From contig JAQAZZ010000008.1 of assembly GCA_032127075.1 (NCBI GenBank), positions 7,724 through 71,723 of the forward strand: a stretch of DNA of 64,000 bases, in the 5' to 3' direction. A program made the translations under genes and the position numbers. Every line of letters begins with the position of its first letter. Position 1 is the stretch's first letter. Shown here one piece after another: positions 25,761 to 35,505 of the stretch. Source of the stretch: Micrococcales bacterium. Lineage in GTDB: Bacteria; Actinomycetota; Actinomycetes; S36-B12; GCA-2699445. Below the pieces are notes generated by a model. It did not search any database and was not told where the DNA came from. It saw only the letters and a list, made by a program, of their open reading frames with translations.

Positions 25761-25994
25761 GTGACGGCTATCGCAAAAGGACAGCGCATCACCGGTGCGG
25801 AACGGGAGAAGCTCGCGAAGAAGTTGAAGAAGAGCTACGAATCCGGGAGCAGCATCCGGGAACTCGCGGCTGAGACGCAGCGGTCGTACGGTTTCGTCCA
25901 CCGAATCCTGAAGGACGCCGGCGTGCAACTGCGCGGGCGCGGAGGTGCCACCCGGGGCAAGGCGAAAGCGGCGGACGGGGGCAAGGCACAATAG
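25761..25994 (+). CDS. Small helix-turn-helix DNA-binding protein (conserved actinobacterial)
   Basis: AGGAGG at 25750-25755 favours GTG 25761 over the track start 25755. Putative HTH is SIRELAAETQRSYGFVHRILKDAGV. The C-terminal tail is basic. Confidence 0.7.
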   Translation: MTAIAKGQRITGAEREKLAKKLKKSYESGSSIRELAAETQRSYGFVHRILKDAGVQLRGRGGATRGKAKAADGGKAQ

Positions 25995-26000
25995 GGCCCC

Positions 26001-26798
26001 ATGGAGCTACCCTTCCCCGAGAGCGCCGACGGGGTCCGCGTCCTCATCGACGGACCGGTCATGCGCATCACGTTGTGCTCGCCCAACAACCGCAACGCCC
26101 AGAGTCCCGCCCTGTGGCGGCGGCTGCAGGCGGCGGGGGAATTCGCCGCAACCGAGGGTATCGCCGTGGTGGTGCTCGCCGCCGAGGGCAAGAGCTTCTC
26201 CGCCGGGCTGGACCGGCGCATGTTCACCCCGGAGGGCATCCCCGGCCAAGGGTCGCTGATGTCCTTGCCCGATGGCAGCGATGATCACATCGACACCGCG
26301 ATCGCGGAATACCAGAAGGGGTTCTCAGTCTTCACCGACGGCCCATTCGTCAGCATCGCCCTGGTGCAGGGCCACGCCGTCGGGGCAGGTTTCCAGCTGG
26401 CGCTGGCATGCGATCTGATCGTCTGCGCCGACGACGCACAGTTCAGCATGCGGGAAGCCGCCTACGGGCTGATCCCCGATCTGACCGGCACCTCCCGGCT
26501 TGTGCGCACCGTGGGCTATGGCAAGGCGCTGCAGATCTGTGTGACCACCCGGTGGGTGGGGGCCGACGAGGCGGTGCGGCTGGGCCTGGCGACCGACGCA
26601 GTGCCCGCCGAGCAGCTGCCGAGCGTGGCCGAGGAGTATGTGGAGACCGTCGCCGGCCAGGTCCCCGGCACTGCGGCCGCGATGAAGTCGCTGCTGTCCT
26701 CGGCGGTCACCACGACCCCGCAGGAGCAGCGCGACGTGGAACGGCTTGCCCAGATCGGGCGGCTGCGCACCCTGGCGCATCTGATGGCGCACTCCTGA
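26001..26798 (+). CDS. Enoyl-CoA hydratase/isomerase (crotonase) family protein
   Basis: Crotonase-fold blocks SFSAGLD and VQGHAVGAGFQLALACDLIV. Length 265 aa. Confidence 0.85.
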   Translation: MELPFPESADGVRVLIDGPVMRITLCSPNNRNAQSPALWRRLQAAGEFAATEGIAVVVLAAEGKSFSAGLDRRMFTPEGIPGQGSLMSLPDGSDDHIDTAIAEYQKGFSVFTDGPFVSIALVQGHAVGAGFQLALACDLIVCADDAQFSMREAAYGLIPDLTGTSRLVRTVGYGKALQICVTTRWVGADEAVRLGLATDAVPAEQLPSVAEEYVETVAGQVPGTAAAMKSLLSSAVTTTPQEQRDVERLAQIGRLRTLAHLMAHS

Positions 26799-26944
26799 TG
26801 GACGGCTGATTCCACCTGGCCCGCAGCGGCCCCGCCCGCGGAACAGCCGCGGAATAGCTGGGGCACCGGTCGGGTTGCAGCCTCTGCTGCCGCCCACGCT
26901 TGCAGCGGCACAGAGTTCGCAGCGGCATCGAGGAGGCGCGGAGT

Positions 26945-28852
26945 ATGTCGATGGGACACATGGGCGGCAGCCGCGTGTCCGCCTGGCGCTCCTACAGCCG
27001 CGACCGCTCGGTGCTGCAGGAGCGGCTCCCCAAGGATCTGTGGCGGCGCATCATCCGCTACGGCAAGCCATTCCGGTCGCTGGTGATCATGTTCCTGGTC
27101 ACGCTGGTCGCCGGTTCGCTGCTGACGGTGGCGCAGCCGCTGCTCTTCCGGCGAATCGTCGATGAGGGCATCACCCCGGGCGATGCGACGGTGGTCACCG
27201 TCACCGCGGTCGCCGTCGCAGTGGTGGCGATCATCGACGCCTCGATCGGGTTGTGGGGCCGCTACCTGTCGTCGCGCATCGGTGAGGGGCTGATCTTCAA
27301 CCTGCGCGCGCAGATCTTCGAGCACGTCCAGCGGCAGTCTTTGGCCTTCTTCACCCGGGCACAGACGGGGGCGCTCGTCTCCCGGCTGAACTCCGATGTG
27401 ATCGGTGCCCAGCAGGCGTTCACGTCCACCCTCAGCGGGGTCGTGGGCAATCTCATCTCGGTCGTCCTGGTGCTGGTGACGATGTTCTGGTTGAGCTGGC
27501 AGATCACAGCGCTGGCGTTGGTCCTCGTGCCGCTGTTCCTGCTGCCCGCCCGCTGGATGGGTCGACGGCTGCAGACCCTCACCCGGCAGCAGATGCAGCT
27601 CAACGCCGACCTCAGCGCCCAGATGACCGAACGCTTCAACGTCGCCGGTGCCCTGCTGGTCAAGCTGTTCGGCCGACCGAGCGAAGAAGACGCCATGTAC
27701 CAGGAGAAGGCGGCGGGGGTGCGCGATCTGGGGGTGCGGATCGCGATGGCCAACAGGTACTTCTTCACCGCCCTGACCCTTGTGGCGGCGCTGGCTACCG
27801 CCATCGCCTACGGCGTGGGCGGAAACCTGGTGATCGGCGAGTCGATCACCCTGGGCACCCTGTTGGCGATCGTCGCGCTGCTGGCGCAGCTGTACGGCCC
27901 GTTGACCGCGCTGTCGAACGTGCGGGTCGATGTCATGACCGCTCTGGTGTCCTTCGACCGGGTATTCGAAGTCCTCGACCTCAAGCCGCTGGTGTCCGAT
28001 GCCCCGGACGCCGGGCCGCTGCCCCGGGATCGACCTGCGGCGCTGGAATTCCGTGACGTGGGGTTCACATACCCGAGGGCATCGCAGGTCTCTCTCGCCT
28101 CGCTGGAGACGATCGCCCGCGAGGGGGGTACGGCCACGGCGCACCCGCCCGCGCTGCATGACATCTCATTCACCGTGGCGCCCGGTCAGATGGTCGCGCT
28201 CGTCGGACCCTCGGGCGCGGGCAAGACCACCATCACGTCGCTGGTGTCTCGGTTGTACGACCCCGAGTCCGGACAGGTCCTCATCAAGGGTCAGGACCTG
28301 CGCGGCACCACCCAGGAATCAGTGCACAACACGGTGGGAGTTGTGACACAGGACGCTCACATGTTCCACGACACCATCCTGGCCAACCTGCGCTATGCGA
28401 GGCCCGACGCGACGGTTGACCAGATATGGGCCGCCTGCGAGGACGCCCGTATCGCCGACCTCATCCGCTCCCTGCCCCACGGGCTCGACACCGTCGTCGG
28501 TGACCGCGGCCATCGCCTGTCCGGCGGCGAGAAACAGCGGTTGGCTATCGCGCGGCTGCTGCTGAAGCGCCCCGAAGTGGTAGTGCTCGATGAGGCCACC
28601 GCCCACCTGGACAGCGACAGCGAGGCGGCGGTGCAGCGCGCCCTCGCCCGGGCGCTGCAGGGCAGGACCTCCCTGGTCATCGCCCACCGGCTGTCCACTA
28701 TCCGCGAGGCCGACCAGATCCTCGTCGTCGACTCCGGTCGCATCGTCCAACGAGGCAGCCACGAGCAGTTGCTGGCCGCCGGCGGGTTGTACGCCGAGCT
28801 GTACCGCACCCAGTTCGCCGTGGATGCGCAATCGGCGGCCACCGCACCCTAG
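26945..28852 (+). CDS. ABC exporter, fused permease/ATPase (MsbA/type IV exporter-like)
   Basis: Start trimmed to ATG 26945, 8 nt after GAGGAGG. Six N-terminal TM helices. Walker A GPSGAGKTT, signature LSGGEKQRLAIAR, Walker B VVVLDEATAHLD. Confidence 0.9.
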   Translation: MSMGHMGGSRVSAWRSYSRDRSVLQERLPKDLWRRIIRYGKPFRSLVIMFLVTLVAGSLLTVAQPLLFRRIVDEGITPGDATVVTVTAVAVAVVAIIDASIGLWGRYLSSRIGEGLIFNLRAQIFEHVQRQSLAFFTRAQTGALVSRLNSDVIGAQQAFTSTLSGVVGNLISVVLVLVTMFWLSWQITALALVLVPLFLLPARWMGRRLQTLTRQQMQLNADLSAQMTERFNVAGALLVKLFGRPSEEDAMYQEKAAGVRDLGVRIAMANRYFFTALTLVAALATAIAYGVGGNLVIGESITLGTLLAIVALLAQLYGPLTALSNVRVDVMTALVSFDRVFEVLDLKPLVSDAPDAGPLPRDRPAALEFRDVGFTYPRASQVSLASLETIAREGGTATAHPPALHDISFTVAPGQMVALVGPSGAGKTTITSLVSRLYDPESGQVLIKGQDLRGTTQESVHNTVGVVTQDAHMFHDTILANLRYARPDATVDQIWAACEDARIADLIRSLPHGLDTVVGDRGHRLSGGEKQRLAIARLLLKRPEVVVLDEATAHLDSDSEAAVQRALARALQGRTSLVIAHRLSTIREADQILVVDSGRIVQRGSHEQLLAAGGLYAELYRTQFAVDAQSAATAP

Positions 28853-28868
28853 CGGCATCGGCCCGGTT

Positions 28869-29615
28869 TCAGGGGGCTGCCTCGACCGGTACGGGGCGAT
28901 CCGCGGCCTGCTGTTCCGCTGCCTCACGGCGCAGGAAGAAGAACCAGCCGCCGATCGTGATAGCGGCGAAGAGCAACCACTGGCCCGCGTAGGACAGGTT
29001 GCGTGAGTCGGTCGGCTCGGGGGTCGGGATCGGGGTCACCGCTGCGTCCTGCGGGTTTCGCGCGGAGATGACGTACCAGGCGCTGGGTGCCGGCCGGCCC
29101 AGCAGTGCCGACAACTCGGCGGGGTTCATCGCGGTTGCCTGGCCGGCGGGAACGTCCGCGGCCCGGCGCGCGGGCTCGGGGTCAGGCAGACGGGCGAAGC
29201 CGTCCACCGCCACCTCCCCCGCCGGTGGAGCCGGCGGCGCCGCTTCGGCCGTTGCGTTTCCCTGAGCAGGGATCCAGCCGCGGACGACCCACGAGGAGCC
29301 AGCCTCGGTCCGCAGCAGGGAGGCGACCCAGAATCCGTTGCCCCCGCTGAGCGGGCGGTTGCGGATCAGCACTTGGGCTTGTGGGTCGTAGACGCCTCGC
29401 AGCGTGACGTGTTGCCACTCCACATCCGCGGAATCCGCGCGGTAGTCCGGGACTGCGGGGTCGCTGGCCATCCGTGCGGCAACCGCGTCGAACTCCACCC
29501 GCTTCTCTTCGGCGCGGTGGTACTGCCACAGGCTCAGCAGGCCGAACGCGATGATCGCGACGAAGGCGGCGGCCGTGAACGAACGCCAACGGCCGGTACG
29601 CAGCAGGGACAGCAC
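28869..29615 (-). CDS. SURF1-like cytochrome oxidase assembly protein
   Basis: N-terminal TM followed by LSLWQYHRAEEK, and a C-terminal TM segment. Architecture is typical of SURF1. GTG start. Confidence 0.8.
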   Translation of the reverse strand: MLSLLRTGRWRSFTAAAFVAIIAFGLLSLWQYHRAEEKRVEFDAVAARMASDPAVPDYRADSADVEWQHVTLRGVYDPQAQVLIRNRPLSGGNGFWVASLLRTEAGSSWVVRGWIPAQGNATAEAAPPAPPAGEVAVDGFARLPDPEPARRAADVPAGQATAMNPAELSALLGRPAPSAWYVISARNPQDAAVTPIPTPEPTDSRNLSYAGQWLLFAAITIGGWFFFLRREAAEQQAADRPVPVEAAP

Positions 29616-29624
29616 CTTGTCAGA

Positions 29625-29978
29625 CTACGTTCCGTCGCCCCGGGCTTCCGGCTCCGCCGCCGGCAGCTGACCGATGGGTACGGGTGTGATGGGCGCGGGA
29701 CCAGCGAAGTCGTCGTTCTCCCGACCCGCGTTGGCCATGACCACGGCGATGTAGGGAAGGAACACCGCTCCGGCCAGAAACACCCACCGCATCCAACCGG
29801 AAGCCACGACGGCGGCCAGGAAACAGGCCGTCCTGATCCCCATGGAGATCAGGTAGCGCTTGGTCCGCGCGCGCTGCTCCTCGCTCAACCCGGTTTGGGC
29901 TGTGGTGATGCGATGCACCTCGGTGGCTTCGGGGCCGGTGACCCGGCGGGGCCCGTGGGACTCAGCAGGAAGCGTCAT
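29625..29978 (-). CDS. DUF3099-like small membrane protein
   Basis: Start trimmed from track ORF 29625..30215 to ATG 29978. RYLISMGIRTACFLAAVV...AVFLPYIAVVMANAG matches my memory of DUF3099. Confidence 0.65.
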   Translation of the reverse strand: MTLPAESHGPRRVTGPEATEVHRITTAQTGLSEEQRARTKRYLISMGIRTACFLAAVVASGWMRWVFLAGAVFLPYIAVVMANAGRENDDFAGPAPITPVPIGQLPAAEPEARGDGT

Positions 29979-30000
29979 TTCGGTTCCTCCTCGGCCGCAG

Positions 30001-31383
30001 TCACATCGCCTCGCTGGCTGTGGACATGTTGAAGTCCGCAACGAGCAGCGGCGGCATGGTGGCCCGGTTGAAGTAGTCGCCCATCTCGCGGGCGAGGGTC
30101 CGTTCCGGTGTGCCCGAGTCCACAATACGTCCGAGCAGGGCGACCGGCGATTCGTTGAACCTGAAGTTCCCGCAAGCCCCCGCCACCTCGCCGTCGCGCA
30201 CGACGTACACACCATCCCTGGTGAGCCCGGTCAACAGCATTGTCTGCGGATCGACCACGCGGTTGTACCACAGGCACGTGACCAGGAGTCCGTTGTCCAT
30301 GCGTGCCACGACGTCGGACAGCGAACCGCCGCCGTCGGAGTGCTGCAGCATGAGGTTGTCGATGCCGGGGGAGTCGCTCAGATCCGCCAGGGCGGCCGTG
30401 TGGCGGGTGGTGATCAGGTGCTGCAGCCGCCCCCCGTCGATCCACCGGGTGGGCGTGAGCGGCAGGCCGTTGTCGAACGGGGAGGACGTCGACGACGACG
30501 CAGCGGCAGTGACGAATGTGCCGCATTCCAGCGATGGGTCGTCGGCTCGCGGGTCGCTGAAGAGCGTCACATCCCCGCCGAGGTGTTCTCCCACCCGGGT
30601 TCCACCGCCCGGCCGGGAGAAGGCGCTGCGCCCCTGGATGGCCGACTGGGCATCGGCCGACCAGTAGAGGTCGATCATCAGGTCCGCCACCGCGCTCGGC
30701 GACAGCAGCACGCGATGGCGCCCGGGCGCGACATCGACTCTGCGCTTCTGCCACGACAGCCGCTGTCGCAGTTGCCGGTCGATGTCGTCGAGCTCCACAT
30801 CGGCCAGTGAGACGGCGGCAGACCCATGCCAAGCCGATCGGCGGCCGTCGGCGGACTTCGCGGTGAGTTCCAGCCGCCCGGTCGCCTGACTGTGCCGCAG
30901 CCGTGTGCCCGCAGTTGTGCCCAGGTACGTGGTCGACAGGTCGTGCTCGGCGTATCCGAAGTGCTGGACGCCGTCGGCGCGGCCGCGCCGGAACGCTTCG
31001 CCGAGGCCGACCGCGACAGCGGACAATTCGGAAGCGCCCGTAGCGGGCGGCGGTTCGTCCCAATCGGCCGAAACTCCCCCGTCCACCAGCGGTGCCGCTT
31101 CGTCCGCGGGTGCCGCCGCAGCAGCTGCCGCGCGGGCGCGGTCCACGAGATCGTCCAGTCCTGCGATATCGCGCACCTGACCGGTGACTGTCGCGGTCGC
31201 CACGCCATCGCCCAGCGCCTGGAACGCGACGATATCGACGTCCAGCCCCTGCGTGTTCCCGTTGGTGGTCAGGCTGTTGCCCGCCCAGCGCAGATTCACT
31301 TGTGACGACGTGTCCACCAAGACAGCCATGTCCTGCCCGGCGGCGCGGCTGAGGGCGCGCTCCACGATCTCCTGCGGCTGCAT
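30001..31383 (-). CDS. TldD/PmbA family metallopeptidase (PmbA/TldE-like partner)
   Basis: Start trimmed from track ORF 30001..32256 to ATG 31383 (MQPQEIVERALS). Its ATG shares 1 nt with the upstream tldD TGA. Length 460 aa. Confidence 0.85.
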   Translation of the reverse strand: MQPQEIVERALSRAAGQDMAVLVDTSSQVNLRWAGNSLTTNGNTQGLDVDIVAFQALGDGVATATVTGQVRDIAGLDDLVDRARAAAAAAAPADEAAPLVDGGVSADWDEPPPATGASELSAVAVGLGEAFRRGRADGVQHFGYAEHDLSTTYLGTTAGTRLRHSQATGRLELTAKSADGRRSAWHGSAAVSLADVELDDIDRQLRQRLSWQKRRVDVAPGRHRVLLSPSAVADLMIDLYWSADAQSAIQGRSAFSRPGGGTRVGEHLGGDVTLFSDPRADDPSLECGTFVTAAASSSTSSPFDNGLPLTPTRWIDGGRLQHLITTRHTAALADLSDSPGIDNLMLQHSDGGGSLSDVVARMDNGLLVTCLWYNRVVDPQTMLLTGLTRDGVYVVRDGEVAGACGNFRFNESPVALLGRIVDSGTPERTLAREMGDYFNRATMPPLLVADFNMSTASEAM

Positions 31384-32918
31384 CACATCGCCCCCTCCGC
31401 CCGGCTGTTGAGGACGTTGACACCCTCGAAGACCGCCGCAGGTGCACCGTGCGACACGGGGGCGACCTGCCCCGGCTGGCCCTTGCCGCAGTTGAAGGCC
31501 CCTGCCAGCAGGTAGGTGGCTTCGCCGCCGACGGCGGACATCGACTTCCAGAAGTCGGTCGTGCGTCCCTGGTAGGCCACATCCTGCAGCTGGCCGGCAA
31601 GCCGGCCCGACTTGATGCGGAAGAATCGCTGCCCGGTGAACTGGAAGTTGTAGCGCTGCATGTCGATGGACCAGGAGTTGTCCCCGACTACGTATATGCC
31701 GTCGTCCACGCCGGCGATCAAATCTTCGGTGCTGCCCCCGGCCGGGTCGGGCAGCAGGCTTACGTTGGGCATCCGCTGCAGCGGCACGTGGGTGCCGGAG
31801 TCGGCGTAGGCGCAGCCGTTGCTCCGGGGCATTCGGGCTGCCGCGGCCATGGCCCGATCGAGCTGCACCCCCACGAGCACCCCATCGCTGATCAGCGGCC
31901 ATTCCTGTGCCGCCACCCCCTCGTCGTCCCACCCGACGGTGGACAGCCCGTGCGGAGTGGTCCTGTCGGCTCTGACATTCAGCAGCGGCGATCCGTACTG
32001 CAGGCGACCGACGTCGGATTCGGTGACGAAAGAGGTGCCGGCGTAGTTGGCTTCGTATCCCTTGATCCGGTCGAGTTCCGTGGCGTGGGCGATGGACTCG
32101 TGGATCGTCAGCCACAGATTCGTCGGGTCGATGACCAATGTGTAGCGGCCTGGCTCCACCGTGGGTGCCGCCGACTTCTGGGCGAGAAGATCGGGGATCG
32201 ATCCCAACTCGCCCTGCCAGTCCCAGGGGCCGCCGGTGGGGGCGAGGTACTCCCATCCCCGGCCGACGGGCGGGGCAATGGTGCGCATGGTCGTGAAGCC
32301 GCCGCCGGGAGTGAGCCGCACCGCCGTGAAGTCAGCCTGCAGCCGCAGCCGGTACTGGTGGATCGAGGTCCCACTCGTGTCGGCGAAGTGCACGGCCTCC
32401 CCGACCACCATGAGGGAACCGTCTGCGTGGTCCACCTCATCGGCAGCCAGCAGCGAATCGCAGCCCCAGCGCAGGAAGTCCATGCGCTCGGCGCCGGGGA
32501 CCTCGAACGGGTCCACCGCGTAGTCGCTGACCCAGCTTCCAGTGTGCGCGGGCTCGGCTGCGAGCGCGGCCGGGGCGGTCACCGTCGGAGCCGCCACGGT
32601 GGCCAGTGCCACTGCCCGCCGGGCAGCGTCGGCTGCGGAGTCCGGTGTCAGGTCCTCAGTCGCCGCGAAGCCCCAGCACCCGTTGCGCAGGACCCGTACG
32701 CCGATGGCCGCGGTCCTGTGGTCGACGTCGGCTTCGGCGGCATGGTCCCGACGGCTCTGCACCGCGGTCCGGGTGTCCACGACCCGGACATCGGCGTGCT
32801 CGCATCCGCTGACGGCGGACAACGCCGTGCGGCAGAGGGTGTCGGCGGTCGCTGCATCGATCCCATCGGTCACGCTGACATCTTGTCCTATCACCGCTGG
32901 TTGCACGCCCCGATGCAT
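31383..32918 (-). CDS. tldD: TldD family metallopeptidase
   Basis: Motifs GVRVLRNGCWGFAAT, HESIAHATELDR (HExxxH zinc site) and the C-terminal FNCGKGQPGQ. Start is set at ATG 32918; GTG 32897 is also possible. Confidence 0.85.
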   Translation of the reverse strand: MHRGVQPAVIGQDVSVTDGIDAATADTLCRTALSAVSGCEHADVRVVDTRTAVQSRRDHAAEADVDHRTAAIGVRVLRNGCWGFAATEDLTPDSAADAARRAVALATVAAPTVTAPAALAAEPAHTGSWVSDYAVDPFEVPGAERMDFLRWGCDSLLAADEVDHADGSLMVVGEAVHFADTSGTSIHQYRLRLQADFTAVRLTPGGGFTTMRTIAPPVGRGWEYLAPTGGPWDWQGELGSIPDLLAQKSAAPTVEPGRYTLVIDPTNLWLTIHESIAHATELDRIKGYEANYAGTSFVTESDVGRLQYGSPLLNVRADRTTPHGLSTVGWDDEGVAAQEWPLISDGVLVGVQLDRAMAAAARMPRSNGCAYADSGTHVPLQRMPNVSLLPDPAGGSTEDLIAGVDDGIYVVGDNSWSIDMQRYNFQFTGQRFFRIKSGRLAGQLQDVAYQGRTTDFWKSMSAVGGEATYLLAGAFNCGKGQPGQVAPVSHGAPAAVFEGVNVLNSRAEGAM

Positions 32919-33013
32919 GACGAAGCCTTCGCCGGCGGCACTGGCCCGACCCTGTTGAGCGTCGATATCGCCACGATGCCGACCACTCCCGGCGATTCCC
33001 CTAACCTGACCGC

Positions 33014-33520
33014 ATGCACACACTGCTGATCACCCGCCACGCGAAGTCGGACTGGCCGGCCGGGGTGCCCGACCATGATCGGCCCCTCGCCGGCCGCGGT
33101 CGCCGGGATGCCCCCGCGGTTGGCCGCTGGCTCGTCGGCCAAGGGCTGTGCCCTGACTTCGCAGCAGTGTCATCGGCGCGGCGAACGCAGCAGACGTGGC
33201 AACTGCTGAGCGGCGAGTTGGACTCCCGTGTCGACTGGTCCACCGAGTCGCGCCTCTATGCCGCATCTTGGCAGGCCATGCTGGACGTCGTGCGGGATCT
33301 TCCCGAGGAGGCGGCGGTGGCGGGGTTGATCGGCCACAATCCCGGTTGCGAGGACCTTGCCGCTGCGCTGGCCGGACCGCATTCGGACCCGGATGCGCTA
33401 CGCGCCCTGACCATGAAGTACCCGACCTCGGGCGTTGCGGTCCTGCGGCTGCCCGGGGCCTGGGCGACGGCTGCCGTGGGATCGGCGACGTTGGCGGCAT
33501 TCGCCGCACCCAGGGGGTGA
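33014..33520 (+). CDS. Histidine phosphatase family protein (SixA-like)
   Basis: LLITRHAKS carries the RHG-type catalytic motif, and GHNPG is also present. Length 168 aa. Confidence 0.8.
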   Translation: MHTLLITRHAKSDWPAGVPDHDRPLAGRGRRDAPAVGRWLVGQGLCPDFAAVSSARRTQQTWQLLSGELDSRVDWSTESRLYAASWQAMLDVVRDLPEEAAVAGLIGHNPGCEDLAAALAGPHSDPDALRALTMKYPTSGVAVLRLPGAWATAAVGSATLAAFAAPRG

Positions 33521-33527
33521 ATCCGCG

Positions 33528-34727
33528 TCACTGACCGCCGATCGTATGCTCGGCGGCCTCGATCTCCTCCCGCGACATTCCCATCAGGAAGAGGATCGAG
33601 TCCAGGAAGGGAACGTTGACGGCGGCGTCGGCGGCCTCCCGCAGCACCGGCTTGGCGTTGAACGCCACACCGAGTCCGGCGGCGGCGAGCATGTCCAGGT
33701 CGTTGGCCCCGTCGCCGATCGCCACTGTGCGCGACATCGGGATGCCTGCCTCAGCAGCGAAGCCGCGCAGCGCCGCCGCCTTCCCCTGCCGGTCCACGAC
33801 GGGTTCCAGCACCTTCCCGGTCAGCCTGCCGTCGACGACCTCCAGGGTGTTCGCCCGGACACGGCTCACTCCGAGTTCCGCGGCGATGGGTGCGATGACA
33901 GAGGTGAATCCGCCACTGACCAAGGCCACCTCGTGGCCGAGCCCGGTCAGCGTCCGGCACAGTGTCCGGGCCCCCGGAGTCAGCCGGATCTGACGGCGGA
34001 CATCGTCCAAGACCGACTCCGGCGCACCGGCGAGCAGGGCCGCCCGCTCGTTGAGCGACTCACGGAAGTCGAGTTCCCCGTGCATGGCCCGCTCGGTGAT
34101 CCGGGTGACTTGCTCCTGCATTCCGGTGTGGGCGGCGAGCAGTTCGATCACCTCGTCGCGGATCAGGGTGGAATCGACGTCGAGGACCACCAGCCGCCTG
34201 CCGAAACGGTCCAGCCCCACCGGCTGGACACTGATGTCCACCCCGGTGGCCGCAGCCACGCGAGCAGTCTCCCGGCGCAGGTCGGGTACGTCGGCGCCTA
34301 CCACGATGATCTCGATCGCGGTGACCGGATACGCGGCGATCCGCGAGATGCGCTCGATGTTGCCGGCGGAATCCAGGATCGCCCGGGCCACCGCCGCCAC
34401 CGCTTCGGGCTGCAGCGGGGAGGCCAGCACCACAAGTCGCTGGCGCTGCCGCCGCCTTGCCGCCGGTTCCTCGCCCACCTCGGTGACCTCGATGTCCAAG
34501 CCGAGTTGCGCCGCGAGTCCCGCGAGTCCCGTCTCGACCTGCTGGGCATCGGCTGACGGTGTCAGCAGCACCATCTGTACCAGGCGGCCCTGCACGACTG
34601 TCTGCTCCACATCGAGCACGTCGCCGTGCAGGACGTCGAAGATGCCGGCGGTGAGTCCCGGGCGGTCGCGGCCGCTCGCGGTGATGAGCAGCCGTCCGCC
34701 CCGATGCGGTGATGATGAGGGGGCCAT
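33528..34727 (-). CDS. serB: Phosphoserine phosphatase SerB with N-terminal ACT domains
   Basis: Start trimmed from track ORF 33528..35081 to ATG 34727. HAD motifs are LDVDSTLI and GDGANDLDML. The N-terminal ACT-like repeats resemble mycobacterial SerB2. Confidence 0.9.
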   Translation of the reverse strand: MAPSSSPHRGGRLLITASGRDRPGLTAGIFDVLHGDVLDVEQTVVQGRLVQMVLLTPSADAQQVETGLAGLAAQLGLDIEVTEVGEEPAARRRQRQRLVVLASPLQPEAVAAVARAILDSAGNIERISRIAAYPVTAIEIIVVGADVPDLRRETARVAAATGVDISVQPVGLDRFGRRLVVLDVDSTLIRDEVIELLAAHTGMQEQVTRITERAMHGELDFRESLNERAALLAGAPESVLDDVRRQIRLTPGARTLCRTLTGLGHEVALVSGGFTSVIAPIAAELGVSRVRANTLEVVDGRLTGKVLEPVVDRQGKAAALRGFAAEAGIPMSRTVAIGDGANDLDMLAAAGLGVAFNAKPVLREAADAAVNVPFLDSILFLMGMSREEIEAAEHTIGGQ

Positions 34728-34759
34728 GGCTTTTCCACGGTACCCATCGGTGCCGTTGT

Positions 34760-35473
34760 TCACGGGTCGCCCCCCGGCGCGGCACTGAATGCAGCCGACG
34801 CCGCGCGCCGCGCCAAGGGCCGCAGCCGCCGTACGGGTTCCGGGGGCGCCTTGCCCAGGCGCTGGGCCAGACGCCCCGCTGTTCCCGTGAGCCACCAGAC
34901 CCGCAGCGCCGCATCGGCCACTTGGCAGGCGCGGGCAGGAATCCCCGGCGGCGGCGCCGGAGGGCTGAACCGGCGGTAGTCGTCGAGTTCCGCGAGAGCG
35001 TCGTCGTCGGGGGACATGGCTGGGACGCTGCGGCTGATCTCGACCATCGCCTCGCGCATGAGGCTGTGCGCCTCCGCCCACGATCCCAGGGGCGCGGCCG
35101 GGTTGCCGCCCGGTCTGCTCGGCACGGCGGTCCAGACAAGGGGAGGTGGCCCCTCGGCGGGAATCAGAGTCATGGCGGCGTCGTCGGTGACCGCCGCGAG
35201 GCCCGCGCTCACCGCGGCCCGCGCCACCTCGGCGGGACCTGGCACTCCGACCGGGTCGGCCGGTTCCACGATGGCCAAGGTCAGACGGTGGATTCCCCGG
35301 CCACGCAAAGCGCCGACCAGGCCCGGGCCTGACACGGCGCCGTCGGCAAGGCCGTGGAACGATCCCGTGAGCAGGGCCGCGGCGTCATCGGGTGAGCAGG
35401 TCTGGGCCAGCACCGCGTTCGCCCACCACACCGTCTCTCCGGCACTCACCGCGCGGGACACCTCAATGGGCAT
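34760..35473 (-). CDS. Hypothetical protein (no family recognised)
   Basis: Start trimmed from track ORF 34760..35677 to ATG 35473 (MPIEVSRAVSAGE). Third-position GC bias supports this frame. It is on the same strand as serB and 32 nt upstream of it. No obvious SD. Confidence 0.5.
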   Translation of the reverse strand: MPIEVSRAVSAGETVWWANAVLAQTCSPDDAAALLTGSFHGLADGAVSGPGLVGALRGRGIHRLTLAIVEPADPVGVPGPAEVARAAVSAGLAAVTDDAAMTLIPAEGPPPLVWTAVPSRPGGNPAAPLGSWAEAHSLMREAMVEISRSVPAMSPDDDALAELDDYRRFSPPAPPPGIPARACQVADAALRVWWLTGTAGRLAQRLGKAPPEPVRRLRPLARRAASAAFSAAPGGDP

Positions 35474-35505
35474 GCTCAACGGTAGCCGCGGGTAGGGTTG
35501 CGCGG

